Positions 51,110 to 64,000 of a stretch of 64,000 nt of DNA are shown one piece after another. Numbering within the stretch: the stretch's first letter is position 1; the number at the start of each line of letters is the position of its first letter. This DNA is from Mizuhopecten yessoensis (taxonomy: Eukaryota). The stretch covers positions 136,313-200,312 of the forward strand of contig NW_018405533.1 in NCBI RefSeq assembly GCF_002113885.1, read 5' to 3'. A program made the translations under genes and the position numbers. The notes below the pieces were generated by a model, which was not told the DNA's origin, did no database searches, and was given only the letters and a program-made list of their open reading frames with translations.

Positions 51110-53030
51110 AACAAGAGCTGTTGGAGTATAGCATAGCTCGCCTATTGGTGATATATGTTGTAAGATAGCAAATAGCAATAGAAACAAATGTACAGTAAAA
51201 CTTTACTATACTGCCCGTCATTTCATTTACCACCTCACCTCACCTCAACATATGTTCAGGTCCCTTAATTATGTTTTTTCTTAATAATTCCTTTTACGTT
51301 TCCCTCAATTTATTGCCAATCCCCTTTATAATGCCACCATTTCTTTGAACAAATGATGGCAATAAAACAAGGTTTTGCTGTACCTTAACATGTAAGAAGA
51401 GATGACCAGCCACTCTGAAATAGTCATCAGCGTATTAATGGTGGTGACCGATTCAACACTGCACGAAACAAACTCGCCCAAAAACTTTAACCTTTTCCAA
51501 CTAACCAGTTCTGGCCCCTAAAATAATCAAAATATAATTCAGAACATTGCTTACGTTCCATATAAATACTTCATCTTTAAAATAGACAACAGCCTATTGA
51601 TGGTGGTTGTCCAACACTTTACAAAAAAAAATTGCCCAAAAACCTTAACCTCAAGCTTACCCAAAACCTTTAACTAAGTCCAATTAAGTTTTTTGGCCCC
51701 TAAAATATGAAAACATGGTTCAGCACATTGTTTACACTCCATATCAATACTTCAACCTTATAATAGACAACAGCTTATTGATGGTGGTTGTCCAACACGT
51801 CACAAACTAGAGCACCGCAAACGGATGCATAATACGCCCGTCTGGCCCTATCCAATTATTTTTTGTTTGTTTGATATTTAAAGTAGCTGGTAGCTGGTGT
51901 CATGTCTATGTGATAAAAATGGTTGCACTGACGCTTTTGTTACCAAGAGTGATTGTCATTACTGTAATGTTCACATTTATGTAATTGGTTCTTTGCTAAT
52001 GTATTGCCTAATGCCTCATAATCAGGGCATGCAGTAGACCCTTAATTTGATTTGACTTGTGGGTTTATAGGGACATGTCGTCTACCATATTTGGCTACGT
52101 GCAAGTGTATATACATATTGAATCTGAGTAGATTCTAAAAAAAGTTATGCTTAAAATTATCTTCGTGTGAAATGAGTAATTGTCTTAATTCAGAATTCTA
52201 TTTTTTTTTTTCAGTCTATACAAAATATGTGTGTTTCCTGTTGCATTTTGGGTTGATTCTGGCAATGTGTAATTTATTATTATTGTTCAGTACGTAAGTC
52301 GTTTTCAATATCTTTGAATTGGGGATGGTAGGCAAACAGGAAACAAACATATTTTATATTAGTTTTATAGACATGCCAGTTTTATTGATGGAAGTAAAAC
52401 AATCCAGCAGGTAGAAACTGGCAATTGTCAATTAAACCACAAATTCTCACAATAGTAGAAAATTGATAATGACATGAATAGGAGTTGTATTGTCACCATC
52501 GGCAATTCGACTTCACTGGATCCAAAGATAAATGGGAATGGGAAATGTAGGACAAATTCAGAATCTGCCATCTTGATTATCAGACCATTGTAAAGTCTTG
52601 GCCAAACATTTCTTGGACTTGGTAATAATTGTCCCAAAAGTAAAGTCCAAAATTTACAAAAACAGGAATTATTTTCGCAAATTAAATCCATATTGTCCTT
52701 CTTAGACCCCACATGGAAATCCATGCTACAAATTAGGAAAATAACACATGATCTGACTGAACTGTAGACCACTGAAGAACTTGCACCAAAACTTTAATCG
52801 AGAAATTGCGCGAGAACAGTAAAGTCCAAAACACGTCCAAAATTTCCAAAAATAGAAATTATTTTCTGAAATTTAATCCCACATGAACATCCATGCAAAA
52901 AATTAGGACAAAAACACTTGATCTAACTGAACTGTAGACCACTGAAGAAACTTGCACCAAAACTTTAACCAAACAGCTGATGATGGTGTGCTTAACAAAA
53001 AGAAGTTATTTAGCTTACAGCTGCTACAAA
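51110..53030 (-). mobile_element. Nested Helentron/HINE-like non-autonomous elements
   Basis: End-like motifs aacaagagctgt...agctcgcct (51110) and aactagagcaccgcaaacggatgc (51806). Internal ~180-bp repeats at 51430-51806 and 52640-52970, ending aaactttaa. Confidence 0.5.
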
Positions 53031-53713
53031 CTCTGTTACGATGTGGACGGTTAATAGGACTTTTTTATTTTCATTTGTATTAAAGGTTTAAATAGGTATA
53101 CAATTACAATGTAACTGCCAAAACATCACCGATTAAGAAATACACACCATGACTGGCATTTTCTAGACATATGCTCTTTCACACACTACTTTAGGAAGAA
53201 GGTCGAAAACATATTATACTGCATCACGTACATTTTTTCATTAAGTCATTGCAAGAGACACGCGATGATTTATAAACGTTGAATGCACGATTGAAATTAA
53301 ATTTTAAAAAATCCTAAAGGTCAGCGTATCTACCCTTTCCTCACAACACACATGGGTCACCTTGAACGGAACACCGAATCATAGCCTGACGTCACGCGTC
53401 GGACCAACTAACACTTGGCGATTAAGACAATGATTGATTCTCTTTCGATTTAATACACCATTCATGATCCAAGGGTAATATTTGGTTTGTTAAGAGAAAC
53501 ACAAAATAGTTCTTGAACAAATAAGATGTTGTTTTAGTATTTTGTTAAATATAGATCATAACGCATGTAATAGCATTCCTTTATAGTTCAAATACTACTG
53601 AGTAACATCATGACCCGTCCTAATCGTGACCTGCGACCAGCTGGCAGTCGGTACCCGTACAAATACCTAAGAAATTTTACTTGAAGAAAATACATAAAGC
53701 ATTCACGACATGA

Positions 53714-54237
53714 TACTGTATAGCGCTTTAAATTCGCGGGGTTACTTTTTCGCGGTTTCGTATTCATCACAATGTCATATTCGCGCCCGAATCCAATGTG
53801 TCGTGCAAAGTGTTTTTGAGTCTCATCTTTTAAGGGTTAAACCTCGTAATACAGGTAAACCGTTTGAAAATACCGATCCCGAGCGTCGCCATCTGCCAGT
53901 GACTTCACTCGAAAGAAAATCAAATGTGTTTGTTCTTTTGTAGGAGTTAACTGTAATCAATTAACCACCTACTGTGTACATATAGATATGTTGGGGCCAC
54001 TTATATGTAAGTGTTGTTTTTACGTGGACTGCTCAGTTGTCCGGTGATAATCTGATTTGAGTTCGTTTAAGCTTGCATAACAGCGTTTGGTTATAAGTAT
54101 TTTCAATATGTTGTGATAAGGTCTAAAAGTGGTTAACATTTTCGATAATTTAGCTGGTGCTAAGAATTCGCGGATATAAGTCAAAGCGTGAATAAAGCGA
54201 AATTAAAACCGCTGCGAAATATAACCGCTATTCCGTA
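53714..54237. mobile_element. TA-flanked MITE
   Basis: Imperfect TIRs tactgtatagcgctttaaattcgcgg / ccgctgcgaaatataaccgctattccgta. Confidence 0.65.
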
Positions 54238-54513
54238 GCTTTTATTATTATTCCGACAATTTTTAATGTATAGCAATGAATGAAGAGATATTGGCTCAAA
54301 ATTGTAAAAATAATTCTATACCGAGGAATTATACTTAGTGGACAAAACACATTCCATTTAATTTTATCGCGAGTAGGAAAAGAGCGGCAAATATTTCATT
54401 TAAACATAAATATACTTATAACATCCATTTAAAATACAATTGTTGCAGTTTTCAGTATCGCCTTATTCCATTTCAATAATTAAAATGTGTCAATATTCTT
54501 CCATTCTACACAG

Positions 54514-54704
54514 CTAGCTGTCCAACTGATCGTGGCTACACTTACAGCGCCTCCCTTGACTGGTGTTACAAGTTATTTACAGGACTAACAAAGAACGTTC
54601 AAACTGCGAGTAGCTATTGTAAACAAGCTGGCGCACGTCTGCTCAGAGTCAACTCAGTGGAAAAGCAGCTACACATGACTGACTTTCTAAGAAAGTTTTA
54701 TTAA
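54514..54704 (+). pseudogene. C-type lectin domain, N-terminal-half exon (orphan; first donor mutated)
   Basis: After the acceptor ccattctacacag: SCPTDRGYTYSASLDWCYKLFTGLTKNVQTASSYCKQAGARLLRVNSVEKQLHMTDFL, the CP..CY..A...C...GA.L pattern of long-form CTLDs. Not in the ORF track. Confidence 0.8.
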
Positions 54705-54878
54705 AGATGCAGCTACACATGACTGACTTTCGAAGTAAGTTTTATTAAAGTGGCAGCTACACATGATTGACTTTCTAAGTAAGTTTTACTAAAGAGGCAG
54801 CTACACATGACTGACTTTTAAGTAAGTTTTACTAACGAGGCAGCTACACATGACTGACTTTCTAGGTAAGTTTTACTC
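54665..54878 (+). repeat. 44-bp tandem repeat, 5 copies, spanning the lectin exon/intron junction
   Basis: Unit gcagctacacatgactgactttctaagtaagttttattaaagag. Confidence 0.93.
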
Positions 54879-54985
54879 ATCTATAAGAGTCATATTGAAA
54901 TCAATAACAACCAGATTGTTTTGTAATAATTCGTTCGACAAAGTATTGCATAGCCATACTGATGTTAACTCATATTTAATTTTAC

Positions 54986-57900
54986 TGTCGTGAATTTTGT
55001 ATGTGTTGTCACACACCTTCACAACATGTAGTTGAGAACTGCTCTCAGGTCCCAAAAACTATTAGAGTATGCGGAGGAAAATCACTCACGTGTGTTCTTG
55101 TTGAAGTCAGGATGTTCAATGTTGTCGGCGCGGTTATTAGTCTAATGGAGATAACTCTCCCCAAAATTCACCACACTCTTCCCCGTTTTATGAAGGCCTC
55201 CTCTTGAAGTTGGAAGCTGCTGATCAGGAATCATGGATGAGGTGGTCATTCTTGAGCATCAGATTTGGATCAGGTGTTGTTTGTGATGCTGGAGATGACT
55301 GTTCTCTGGTGGAGTTTGACAAGGTCGGGTCACTTCTTTAGCATAAGGGACCCCTATAAGGAACACAGTTTTACCGTGCCCTCGAGTGGAAGTCCTGTTG
55401 AAGGGCTTATCTTTACTGTGCCCTCCTCCAAGATACAGGACCATTAAGATATAAACTTTATGGTTGGGCATAGGCATACCGTGTCCCTGCCAGGTACTCA
55501 GACATAGTATTTGGATACTATGTCTGAAGTTTCAAAAGTGCAGGAACACCCTCCACTTGTATGCTTACTGTGACAGGACGTTGATAACACAATCCAATCC
55601 CTAATCAGATAACCGCTCAAGGGCCCGATCCCTCGCAGTTTCCGGAGACGGTTGAGAGGAAAACCCCTCTGTCTCTAGAGACCCGGAGGCTGCCTGCGAC
55701 GCAGAGAATCGTCTCTTTCTGAACTTCCGTATTGATAACTGACTTAAATAGAGCTTCTGCTTAAAAGCTGTCTCCAAACTGTACAATGTGATCCCATTTA
55801 CCTGGGTCACAAAAATACACAGGGATTTTTACTGTCCTTGCTCTTATTACTAGACATCAGAACACAACAGTGCCGTGAAATTTATCTGCTATGAAACTGT
55901 TGCCTAGTCACCCCAAATGCCAGTTCAGTCAACTTTTGGGGTGCTCTAGTCTAGATCTGCAGGACACCCATTGTGTTTCTATACTTGTTCTGTTGTTATC
56001 CCTGGGCTAACTTAAGTGCCTCATGTAACTCCTGGTCATCCAGTTCATCCTTGTCGTTATCTGATGAATCACATTTAGTTTGAAACATTTGCTGACGGAG
56101 GAACACAAGTTACCGTTACCTCTTCCCCGTCAAATGGAAATGAGTCAGATTTTGTTTTTCCCGCCTCACCTCCTTCAATTTTGAGCCCCACTGTTTGCGG
56201 TACATGTATATGTTTATTTTGTTTAGGACCAGGAGTACGGGCCTTGCTTGTCAACGGAACCATACTGTTCACGTCCTCTTCAAACCGTTCACAGTTAGCT
56301 TCCGCTGGACGACTGTTCAGTCGCTCTTCCTAGACCCTCACTAGCCTCTGGGGAGCTGAGGAATGACCTCTTTTGGCCCAGTAGCTATGATGTTCCCGGA
56401 GGTACTCTGGCCTTTTCCAGGAATTATGTCTGCTGTATAACAGCTCCGGGCTTCCCTGTGGAGATAAAATTTCACCTCTACATGTTATTTAACTTCAAAT
56501 TTCTGTCCTTCTGTCATTATGACGGACTTGGCAGTGTCATTCATCTCTCTCATGTGGAGTGTTGGGCACCGGGCGGCACTACCGAACCGGCAATCATGAC
56601 TCCCTTGGGATGTTGTGTGGGTTTAATCGTGGACATATCCCCATTAGGTCTAGCCCAGTCAACCGGACAGTGCCCTATAGTGTTTGGTGGTATTGTTACA
56701 TTTTGGGCTCACTTAACAGTGGACGATGTCATCTGCTCCTCCACCGGCGACGTTATAGGTATCATCAGATTACCAATAAACAGGACGCCTGCATCTAAGT
56801 CAATGACATATAGTTGTTCCTTGACAGGAAGTCCACCCCACACAACATGTTGGCCATCATGGAGGCATCACATACACATACGGTCCAATGTATTTTGGTA
56901 TTTCCTATTCCGATTTGTAAGTCTTTTATTTCCCATACTATCTCTAAATTGCTGGTACACACCCGGAGCCTCACTCGTTTCCCAAGCACTAGTGGCCCCT
57001 CGAGCCCATCCACCAGCTCCCGCTTAATTAGCGTCATCGTGGCCAATGTATCAACGACAGCCCGAATTGGAGTTCCATTTCAGGTTAGTGGTATGGTAAT
57101 ACTACTTCCATCTGAGACCGCAAGCTTCACCTCCGTCAAAATATGGAATCCTTTCTAGGCGCGGGGGATGGATACCTTGATCTGTCCGCCGTGTCTCTAA
57201 ATGGTTCCGGGGACGCAGATGGAGACCTCGGATGGAACGCCTGTATCTTCCGTCCTCTGTCGTTACCCCAACTGGCGGTACTGTTGTTGCCTCTCCCCGG
57301 TTTCCAGGGGTCCCGACTAGGTTGATCTTGACCTCGACCTGGTGACCATGTGCCAGGTGACTCCCTATGATATCCGTGTGACATGTTGCGGTTTCGCTGG
57401 GCACCTTGTCCTGAGTATGGGGACCGTATCTCGGCGTGGACCTTCATATCTATTACGCCCGTTGTCCTGGGGTGGACGAGGGTACTGAGCCCTAGCATGA
57501 TAATCTGGTGGTCGGTTCCCTTCATAGTTTTGAGGGGAACCTCGGTCGCGTTTTGGAGAACGGTAGTCTCCTCTACTTTGTCATCTCCCGACTTAGTGCC
57601 CTCAGCAAATTCCACCTGCCTACATGTACTAGGGTAACGTGGTGCGCGAGAACCAAACAGAGCACGCTGATTGGCCACGGAGGCCTTTTAGAGCTTTGTG
57701 AACCGTGTTAGGATTCCTCTTTATGGCTCTCTGCGCCGCCATCTTCTCGCAACAGCCTTTACGGAACGCATCTGGAGCGATCTGATTCCTGGTTGTGGTG
57801 TCGGAATGCGCAAAGCCATCTCCAATTATGGTTTGAATCCGATGGGCAAATTCTGCTAAGTTCTCAGTCTCCTCTTGTTTAGTGAAGTGCAGTTCTCTGC

Positions 57901-59040
57901 GGGACCGTTCCATCATCTTCTTCTTGAGCTTAGTGAACCCAAGAGTTCGCGGAAGTTTGTCGGTGTACTCAAACGCATCATCAACAAGACAATAAAAAAC
58001 CGCTGTATAGTCTGACGGTCCTACCATCTGTTATATCATTATTCTCTGGAATTAAAGAGCGAACGGCTCCCACCGCTCTTTACCTGAGTAAGTGGGAATC
58101 CTGTGGACTTCTACTCCTTCGGCGATGCCTCTGCCCGTCATCGGAGGAGTCCTCAGAATACGTATTGCTGTCCCCCTCCTCCTCACTGGAGAGGTCGGAG
58201 TCAGATTTGTAGCTCTTTGACTAATTATCACGTCTACGCCTTGCAGGGGCACGGCGCATTCCTTGTGATTGGCGCGCATGTCGTTCGCCGGGAGTGCGAA
58301 TTTTCCGTGCCGTCGCAGGGCCTTAACCCTCCAACTTGCACAGTTCATCCTCTGTAGCTGACCGTAAATTGATAACAGCCATTCTCAACTATGAGAAACT
58401 GATCAAGATAATGAAAAGTGTCTATGTTGTAATAAAAAAACAAGTCGAAACACTTAACTAAACAAGTACAACATTATGGACAATGACAGTATACCAACGT
58501 TGCTACAAGTATACACGTGTATTTGTCCCGCCAATATAGGCGGCTCACTATACAGGCGAATGGAGCTCCGTGACAAAGCAACAACTAACTTAAATTAAAT
58601 TTAATTTAAATATCAGAACGCCAGGGAACCGCTGACTATGAATTACCCCTAATAAATATTTAAATAAATAACAATAAACTATAAGAACTGTCACAAAATC
58701 TCTCACTCGTAATTCGTGCAATGGTCACGTAGGTCAGCGCACGAGGCGAGCGAGAGGGATCCAGCAAGGTTAAAAAAATACAAGTATAAAATATAGACAA
58801 AATACTTGAGAACTTCTGAACACCAAATGTGCGTGAATTTGGTGTGTGGTTACACACCGTCACAATATGTAGTTGAGAACTGCTTTCAGGTTCCAAAATC
58901 AATAAGACTATGCTGAGGGACATCACTCACGTGCGTTCAGTAGAATGTCAGGAGGTAAGAGACCGCGCTGCGATGTCACATCGATGTTGTCGGCGCGGTT
59001 AGCGGTCTAAGGGAGATAACTCACCCCGAAATTCACCACA
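54986..59040 (-). mobile_element. Non-autonomous Ty3/Gypsy LTR retrotransposon (gag + protease relics; no RT/RH/IN seen)
   Basis: LTRs 58828-59040 and 54986-55175 (TG...CA). tRNA-Leu-type PBS TGGTGTTCAGAAGT 58825-58812. PPT AAAACGGGGAAGAG next to 55175. Flanks ttac/ctac. Confidence 0.9.
56795..58350 (-). pseudogene. Gypsy gag and aspartic protease, disrupted
   Basis: Gag-like PTYSGKERWEPF and QEETENLAEFAHRIQ..DAFRKGC. Protease NGTPIRAVVDTLATMTLI...MLCGVDFL. Confidence 0.8.
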
Positions 59041-59566
59041 CTACTATATACCACCTACCGGCAGCATGCTAAATTCATTATCATTGGTTGTCAGTATGAG
59101 AAGAAGTTGAGAACGACTTGAGAAGAACTTAAGAAGAACTTGAGAACGGATTTTCCCATTCCCCAGCACTTGGGGACGCATTTTCTCAAAAAAGAACGAC
59201 TGATCGTGCCAGATAACGTCCGCAACTGGAAATAGTGTCTACACAAAAGGGATCCACGTGAGAAAATAGTTCGTCATAAACATATCAATACAAAGTTACG
59301 GAAACATAATGTGATAATAAAAACACCATTTCAGGTGTAAACGTGCTTATGGAAAACCCAATGACGATAGGATTGTTTAAAAAAAAAATCTACGTAGTTT
59401 TATGGTTCATTGTATTCCTCCGTGCAAAACTTCTATATGTTTATGTTTGTCACAGGTGATCGTTGACCATTGAGCTTAGAATTCATTTGAAAAACATGGT
59501 GTTTAGTTGAGTTTTTTGAATGAAGAAATATATAATTAAGGTAGTAGTATATAGATAATAACTAGT

Positions 59567-59727
59567 TTATCATACAATATTTTCAGTGTTTGTCGTTCGA
59601 ACAATTTTCTCATCGCTCGCAAGTAGATAAAATCTCGAGTCCACGTGCGATGGCCTCTCGATTTTCTCCACGTGCTCGCGATGAGAAAATTGTTCTCACG
59701 ACAAACCCTGAAAATACAGTGTGATAA
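59567..59727. repeat. ~160-bp imperfect palindrome (non-autonomous element core)
   Basis: tattttcagtgtttgtcgttcgaacaattttctcatcgc / gcgatgagaaaattgttctcacgacaaaccctgaaaata. Confidence 0.8.
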
Positions 59728-61362
59728 TCTATAACTAACACCTAAAACACTTACCGCTGTGTTACAGCAAAATGCCACTTGTCCTGCTGCTAATATCAGA
59801 GGGCTCAATAAGAAGACACAGTATATAAATGCACGTCCTACTCCGTCTACGTATTAGGCCAGAAAGGCCCAAATACGGTACATGACCCCAACTCTCTGGG
59901 ACATAAATAGGACAACACGTGACAACACGACAGGTACACTGGTAACGCACGTGAACAGGACAACACGGGTAAAATGTAGTACTCACACAAGGGGACCAAA
60001 TGTATGAAAAGGAAATGAATAGAGTAAATGAAAAACAAGATGAAAAACGTAAAAGATATACAGAAGAGGAATGAAAAGGAGGGCTAAACACTTAATAGGT
60101 GCCTGCCACAATGAACATCAATGTTCCTTTTCTATATAAACAGCGGAACTCATTGCTCTATTGTTGCCATATTTGTTGCGCAGAATAAGGCATCAAAGAA
60201 CAATCCTTCACAAAAAGTATTGAAGTATGGCATAACTTATAATTGTTTGGCTCAGAAAGCCACTTTACCTGAACATGTTTACCTGAATACTTTTCAGTAA
60301 TGGAATGTTTTGTATTTCAAATCCGGATTGACTAACTACCATATAGTTACCAATCAGGAATGAAAACAAGATACATGTATATATTTAGTATATAACCTTT
60401 TTTTCTTATTTATAATGCATTCATACATACACGAGAATAGCATATTTTTTTTTTATGTTCTCCAAAAAAAACTTTTTTTATATCCAGTTGCCTTCTTTAA
60501 TCAAGTGCTGGCTGGATACTGGTGTAGCAGAGCTGGGCTAGGACTCCACCGTCAATCTGCCAGCTCAGTCGGTTAAAGCAAAAGCATAGTAACATATGAG
60601 CTTCTGGGTTGGAGCATCTTCATTTTTATCGTAAATGCCCCTCAGGATATGATTTTCTTTTCAGAAATGATTTAGCAAAGGAAATTTAATGCTGGCAACA
60701 GTTTCCTACTCAAACCTACAGTATTTGGCAATGGTACGGGAATTCGTAATAGATTTGTTAAAGACGCAATACACAAAGAGATGTAATGTTGTCACGCATA
60801 ACTATTACTAACGTGGGATGTTTGGAAGTGTCTATTTATAGAACACAACTGCGAGCGGTAATACACAACCCATCCTGTAGTAAAAAGTTAACGTGTTAGA
60901 GCTATCTAAGAATAACGCTCGTTTAAAATTATCACAGCGGATATTTAATGCCATTGCCAAATTAATCAACATGGCGATCCATGAAGCATCATGTTTGAAT
61001 TCAAGTAGTAGGTGAGTACATTATGATATTTTACAATACATGAGCAGAACCTACCCTAGGCTTATTTTTAAGTCAATCTATTTTAGGACAATCTGTCTTA
61101 ATGTTTACATCATTGTATGCTTCTAATAGCTTACTTTCCAGTCGTTTTCCTATCATTTTTCATAGGAGAATATGATTTTTATTTGTTTTCTTTTATAAAA
61201 TTAGGCAATAATAAATGATGTGACGAATATCTGTAAAATCTGTCGAGGCCCACTTTGCTCGTGGGACTGCATGCTCATTTTTAAGTGCGGCCTATTTCCA
61301 ATGACGGCTTATTATCAAGAGTTTAGGGTTTCACCTAACAACTCTCATCAATGACATAAATG

Positions 61363-62260
61363 TATGGTGGCGTATAAGGGTCTAGACTTGTTTGTATGTC
61401 CTTATAGGTAGATTTGTTTATTTCTTTAATGTCTACCTGTCAATTTAATGTTTGTATACGTGTCGACATATATGTGGCGTTGTTTACCCTGATAATTGTT
61501 GACTAAATGAGATTCAATGTAATATGTAAACATATAATAAATCCATGGCTTTACGAAGCTGACAAAAAGTTTGTTCACTTACAAAACATTGAGTTATTGA
61601 TGTCGACTTTAATTTAGTCTATATCATGAACATATGCTTGTTGAATTATAGGTATATTTGTTTACTTGACTTTTGTCGCCTTATTGCTGTTCAGTTTCAC
61701 AGGGAAACAAAATTTATGTAGACTCCTTTAAGATGTTCACTACAATTATGCCGACTTTGATCAAGTCTATATAATTTACATATGCTATTTATCGACAGGT
61801 CGACAAAAGTCAAGTAAACAAGTCTACATATAAGTCAACAAGCATATGGAAATTAAATAGGCTTAATAAACGTCAACATCATTAACTCAAGTTAACGTAA
61901 ATGAACATAGTTGTTGTCAACTTCGTTAAAACGTAGATTTATTTCACTTTTACATGGTGCATTAAATATCATAAAGTCAAAAATTAGCAAGTAAACAACG
62001 ACACATATATATCGACATGTAAACATATATTATATAGACTTGATCATGTATAAAACAACACAATTTAAGTTGGACTTATGAAAATATTTTGAGCATAATT
62101 TTAGTAAACGTCTTAAAGAAGTCGATTTATTTAAGCTGACATGCTTAATGAATATCAACAGATGGACATAAAACAAGTAAGCAAGTCTACCTATAAGTCA
62201 ACAAATATGTATAACTTACATAGACTTAATAACAAGTCCAGACCCTTACACGCCACCATA
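61363..62260. mobile_element. ~900-bp foldback DNA element / MITE
   Basis: 30-bp TIR tatggtggcgtataagggtctagacttgtt / aacaagtccagacccttacacgccaccata (28/30). Further inverted arms 61500-61680 vs 61800-62000. Confidence 0.88.
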
Positions 62261-62971
62261 GGTAACTTTCTAAATACATTATAATGACTTTTTTATAAGT
62301 CAACAACTATATATAACTTACATACGAGATCATTATCATTGTAGGACGACTTGGCGAATTAATGTTGCTTCACTGAAAACAACCCATGGCAGGAATATGT
62401 AGCAATAACAATACCTTCATGGTTTAGTGATTGTGTGACGTGTTGAGCGTTAAAACAACTATAGAATTTCTGTCATTCGGCGTATCATATAAATTATTTA
62501 TAGGGGTTTTATGTATATAGGCAACGGGGACAGGTTTATGTTACCAAAGTTTTTAGAATTTGAGTCTGATGAAAGGCTTTGCGGTTAGTCACGTGTAGGA
62601 AACTGGACAGGTGACACTTGTATCTTACATGAGAAGGGAAAATCGTTAACGCTTACGCAACATATTGCGATAGTAAAACTATGTATTCATGACACATTAA
62701 ATAGAATTAATTGCTGAAACTTGTGAAAGCAGTTAGCTGTGTATAAACGATGTTGTTGAAAATAGGATGTAAATTTCTTGATATAGTTAATTTTCAATCT
62801 GACATTTCGTTCAGAATGTGTAAATGTCACCAATTGTTGATGAAAAAAATATCTTGAAGATCACATATCTCATATGAAACAACTCACTTATCTTGTACAC
62901 ACTAGGAACATGTATACATTTGTGTCCAGTAACGATGTCCGGTTGTTCGTTGGAAGTAGTAGCAAGCGCGC

Positions 62972-63039
62972 CTTGAACACTTTGCGATGTGTTCCGAAAT
63001 AGACTTGAACACTTTGCGATGTGTTCCGAAATAGACTTG
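62972..63039. repeat. 32-bp tandem duplication
   Basis: cttgaacactttgcgatgtgttccgaaataga x2. Confidence 0.85.
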
Positions 63040-64000
63040 CAGAATTGTGATTTGCAGACTTAACCCCCCACGGAAAAGTTCCGGACAAAACATCGCGAAA
63101 ATTAACAATAGTAGGTCTGGTATGGAAGCACAAAAGAGTAAGCCATGATAAGGGTATAATAAAAAATAACCTTTATACATAAGTTACCATGGATAACGAA
63201 AGCTGAGTGAAATAGACCTTGTAACAACTTTAAAATTTACACAGATTACACATATGATGAAATGTAAAGTGTCTGTGAACATCCTTTTAAACATCCCACA
63301 GGTAAAAAGGTGTATGGCCTATTAACATAGTGTACGTATCTTTATAAGTTTGTTAGGGTACGTTTAAGCAATAATGAATGAAAACAGATCATTGTCGAGC
63401 TACGCCGAAGGAATGGTGCCAAGAGAAAGAAATACACAAACCCGAATATACATTTTCAAATTACAAATTTATATACCAAAATACAGCAAAGAATATAGTT
63501 CTACATAATCCCAATTTCACTAAGATTTCTTGTCTTCACAAGCAATATTAAAAATAACAATACTGCCTGCTGTGGCTACTGAAGTATTTTAATAATTAGA
63601 GAATGATTAGAAAATTACATTTCAACACGAAAATTACAAATGACCCATTCGATGGTTATTGCAAGTATAAACTATACAACCGGCATATGTTAATAGTGAC
63701 TCAAAACTGGTCCATACCCGTGTCCGATTCACTCTGATTGAATGTTCTTTCAAATAAACAGGTCCAATCTACAGTTACAATACACAGTTCAAATACTAAG
63801 TTCTGTTCAGAATGTGACATGTTGGAAGCCACTGTATCATTTACCACTTCACACACATGAGAGTCCCGGCTTGTGCATCCCGTAGAGGGATGGTCTGTGT
63901 GATCAGCTAAAAACGTACACTCAGATGGCCGGATAAAGTTCAGGTCGTTCGCCCATGTTATGTATGTTGACCTGATGCTGCCCGCGCTCAAGCCATGCCC

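Noticed and set aside
60665-60880. Possible decayed PAN/apple or lectin exon after a tttcag acceptor
   Set aside because: Stops in all frames; the Cys pattern is too weak to support a call.
63701-64000. Minus-strand ORF at the window edge
   Set aside because: Slightly GC-richer and possibly a gene end, but no recognisable motif and truncated by the window.

Overview
AT-rich eukaryotic genomic DNA with spliceosomal introns. The repeat content (CORE-, V- and Meta-type tRNA SINEs, HINE/Helentron-like elements, Polinton, Gypsy) suggests a bivalve mollusc; this is an inference. Host genes: (i) a 5-exon inhibitor-of-apoptosis (IAP) gene, BIR-UBA-RING, + strand 42864-45141, preceded by an in-frame stop-interrupted relic of a second BIR; (ii) a 3-exon IAP pseudogene fragment at 25.5-26.6 kb; (iii) two Pro-rich 3' exons of a convergent minus-strand gene resembling the GRASP55/GORASP2 tail; (iv) an orphan C-type lectin exon whose splice donor has been tandemly amplified. 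Mobile DNA dominates the window. It includes an internally deleted Polinton/Maverick (27876-34395; integrase-chromo, packaging ATPase, pPolB) with TG...CA termini and a 6-bp TSD, inserted into a SINE tail and itself carrying a CR1-type LINE. It also includes a 389-bp TRIM with a tRNA cloverleaf in each LTR, a Gag-protease-only Gypsy element, Tc1 and L1/Tx1 relics, MITEs, long palindromes and minisatellites. The 3.07-kb duplication across the N at 46649 is most likely an assembly artefact. No CRISPR array, rRNA or convincing tRNA gene was seen. Most ORFs in the track are spurious. Identities quoted are hand counts and no database search was run.
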